Program-made: the position numbers and the translations under genes | Notes under the pieces: generated by a model | The model's database searches: none | Seen by the model: the letters and a program-made list of their open reading frames with translations, nothing else | Told to the model about the DNA's origin: nothing | Virus record (IMG/VR): IMGVR_UViG_3300032007_000065 | Location: 1-64,000 of that record | From: a virus | Lineage: Duplodnaviria; Caudoviricetes | Strand: one strand, 5' to 3' | DNA length: 64,000 nt | In this document: one piece after another, positions 62,118 to 64,000 of the stretch | How positions within the stretch are numbered: position 1 is the first letter of the stretch | How the letters are laid out: each line of letters begins with the position of its first letter

Positions 62118-64000
62118 TCAGTGGGCCTCACCGGAATCGGTTCTGCCGATCGTCGTGGTGTAGTCGGGAGTGTGGTGCTGGTATCCGGTGCCGGTCGACT
62201 GGACCTCGGGTTCGATTGTTTGCAGTTCCCCGGTGATCCAGTTCTTGAACGGCTCGGCGATCTGTCGCATGAGACGGACAGCCAGGTCGTCCGGATGGGC
62301 GATGGCGTACTGCTCGACGGCATTGAAGATCGTCGACACCTGCTGGGTGGTGCCTCTGGCGTTGATGGCCTCCTGCTGACGAATGGCGGCAGCCTTGTCG
62401 TAGGCGCGGCTCACCGACAGGTACTGGTCCGACGTCAGGATCATGCCGAGAATCGACACGATGCCCTGGAGAATCTCGACGTCGGTGGCGACGGAGTTGC
62501 AGACGCTCGGGATGCGTCCGGTGCAACCCTCTTCCTTGACGATGTCGTAGCCAGTCCAGTAGCCGCGGTCCATGTAGTTCAGGATGACGGCCAGGAACGG
62601 TTCCGACTCGTAGTCACTATAGTTGACAATGTGTAGACCGTCGGTCGTGTAGACGGGGCAGCGCCACATGGCCTTCTTGGAGTTCAGGATGCCGAGGGTG
62701 GTTCTCCAGAAGGCATTGTGGAAGACGCCGGCGACACTGCGCAGCATCCTTTGGTGTTCCGTCGTGTCGCCTTGGACGGTGAGCTCACCCATGACGTGGT
62801 GCATGGCCACGAGTGTGCCGAGGTTCATGCCGGCGACGACACCGGACTCGTAGGCGGAGCGACAGGCCCGGATGACGTCGTCGACGACGTCCATGTTGCA
62901 GGCGCGCTCCAGGTCGGAGACACCGCCGACGTGGATGACGCCAATGGTGCCGCGGAGCCGGTTGAGACGTTGAGACGCCTCCAGATAGTCCTTCATGAGG
63001 TCGGTGGGGCTCGATGCCGCCTTCTTCTTGGCGTCGTCGTAGTCCTTCTGGCACTGCTCCAGCAGAGCATTGTAGCGGACCCGATCCGTCGCATCGTCTT
63101 CGAGGTTGATGAACTTGCGACCGATGGTGACGTTGACAACCTCGCCGACGCAGGACTGCATCAGCTGCTGGGCCGTCGTGAACTGGTACTCGTCGAGTTT
63201 CGCAGCCGGGTCATTGATCTGCTCGTCGGCAGCCGCCGATGCGTTGTGGCGCAGCACCGTGAAGAGACGCACCTTGGTGGCATCGGTGATCGGCGTGTTG
63301 GCGATGACGGAGAAGTCGTGGAGAGCGTTGCGGGCGGCACTCCTCGTCAGTTCCGGCACCTGGAGAATCAGCATGCCCGGAATGGTGTTCGGGTACTTCT
63401 TCAGATGCTCGTTGACGGTGAGAGCGATCTGGCTCGAAATCAGATCATCGTAGTACGGCGCCATGATGATAATGGGCCGCCCGTTCTGGTTGGCGTACTG
63501 GAGAATCGCCGAGATGAGCTCGCCGTGCTTCTGGTAGGTGACGTTGTGGTCGAAGATGACCATCATGTGCGGGTTGCCGTTGGAGCTGTAGTAGCCTTCG
63601 GCGGTGTTGCGGTAGCGCTCCGCCATGAGGAGAGAGGCGTCGATGCGGAAGCCGTTCTGGACCTCATGGGTGTAGCCAGTCTGGCCGCCGTCGCGATCGA
63701 CCATGATGTTCGGCTGACCGGTCTTCTTGTAGATGTCCTGGACAGCTCTGGCCAGTTCCTCATTGCCGTTCGACGACACGTATGCGACGTTGTAGATGTC
63801 TTCGTAGGTCGGGTCTTCGTCGTCAGGATTCGGCACGACGTCGACGGCCATCTTCTGGAGCTCTTCGATGATGCGGTCGCGGACCTCCTGGAGGGATCGG
63901 ACGATGTCGGCCTGACGGGCGTTGCGGAGAACCGCGTCGCCTTCGAGAGCCTTCGTCAGCTCCTCCATGAAGTTGTCGGCAGTGACCATGGCAGTGGTGG
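62118..64000 (-). CDS. groEL: GroEL-like chaperonin, 5' end outside the window
   Basis: Frame is open to the window edge reading xTTAMV (GDGTTT motif); IGVIHVGGVSDLE, DDVIRACRSAYESGVVAG, SVATDVEIL. Confidence 0.85.
   Translation of the reverse strand, partial: TTAMVTADNFMEELTKALEGDAVLRNARQADIVRSLQEVRDRIIEELQKMAVDVVPNPDDEDPTYEDIYNVAYVSSNGNEELARAVQDIYKKTGQPNIMVDRDGGQTGYTHEVQNGFRIDASLLMAERYRNTAEGYYSSNGNPHMMVIFDHNVTYQKHGELISAILQYANQNGRPIIIMAPYYDDLISSQIALTVNEHLKKYPNTIPGMLILQVPELTRSAARNALHDFSVIANTPITDATKVRLFTVLRHNASAAADEQINDPAAKLDEYQFTTAQQLMQSCVGEVVNVTIGRKFINLEDDATDRVRYNALLEQCQKDYDDAKKKAASSPTDLMKDYLEASQRLNRLRGTIGVIHVGGVSDLERACNMDVVDDVIRACRSAYESGVVAGMNLGTLVAMHHVMGELTVQGDTTEHQRMLRSVAGVFHNAFWRTTLGILNSKKAMWRCPVYTTDGLHIVNYSDYESEPFLAVILNYMDRGYWTGYDIVKEEGCTGRIPSVCNSVATDVEILQGIVSILGMILTSDQYLSVSRAYDKAAAIRQQEAINARGTTQQVSTIFNAVEQYAIAHPDDLAVRLMRQIAEPFKNWITGELQTIEPEVQSTGTGYQHHTPDYTTTIGRTDSGEAH

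Overview
A 64-kb slice of a GC-rich jumbo myovirus of the phiKZ/AR9-related type; the strong AAAGGAG ribosome-binding sites and the Clostridia-like IF-1 and NrdG suggest a Firmicutes host (inference). It carries virion genes (large terminase, portal-like protein, tail sheath, tail tube, probable processed head proteins) and split multisubunit RNA polymerase fragments (one beta, two beta'-C-like). It also has NAD-dependent ligase, an SF1B helicase, nucleotide/folate genes (DHFR, degenerate FolD, dCMP deaminase, dTMP-kinase-like, NrdG), IF-1, SfsA, MYG1, three GNATs and a GroEL-like chaperonin cut by the window end. The most unusual element is at 24.4-27.3 kb. Behind a tRNA-like gene lie four AT-rich, SD-less small genes, each preceded at a fixed distance of about 50 nt by a conserved imperfect hairpin (GCTGTTG-N5/6-TAAGAG...GTC) whose outer stem covaries. 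A phosphodiester-glycosidase gene sits inverted in the middle, and two more members of the same small-protein family occur at 13.0 and 56.8 kb. This looks like a cassette-type module of variable, possibly receptor-binding, proteins. A second ORF-poor structured transcription unit at 30.67 kb shares a near-identical promoter with the tRNA-like gene. All family calls come from motif recognition by eye; no searches were run.
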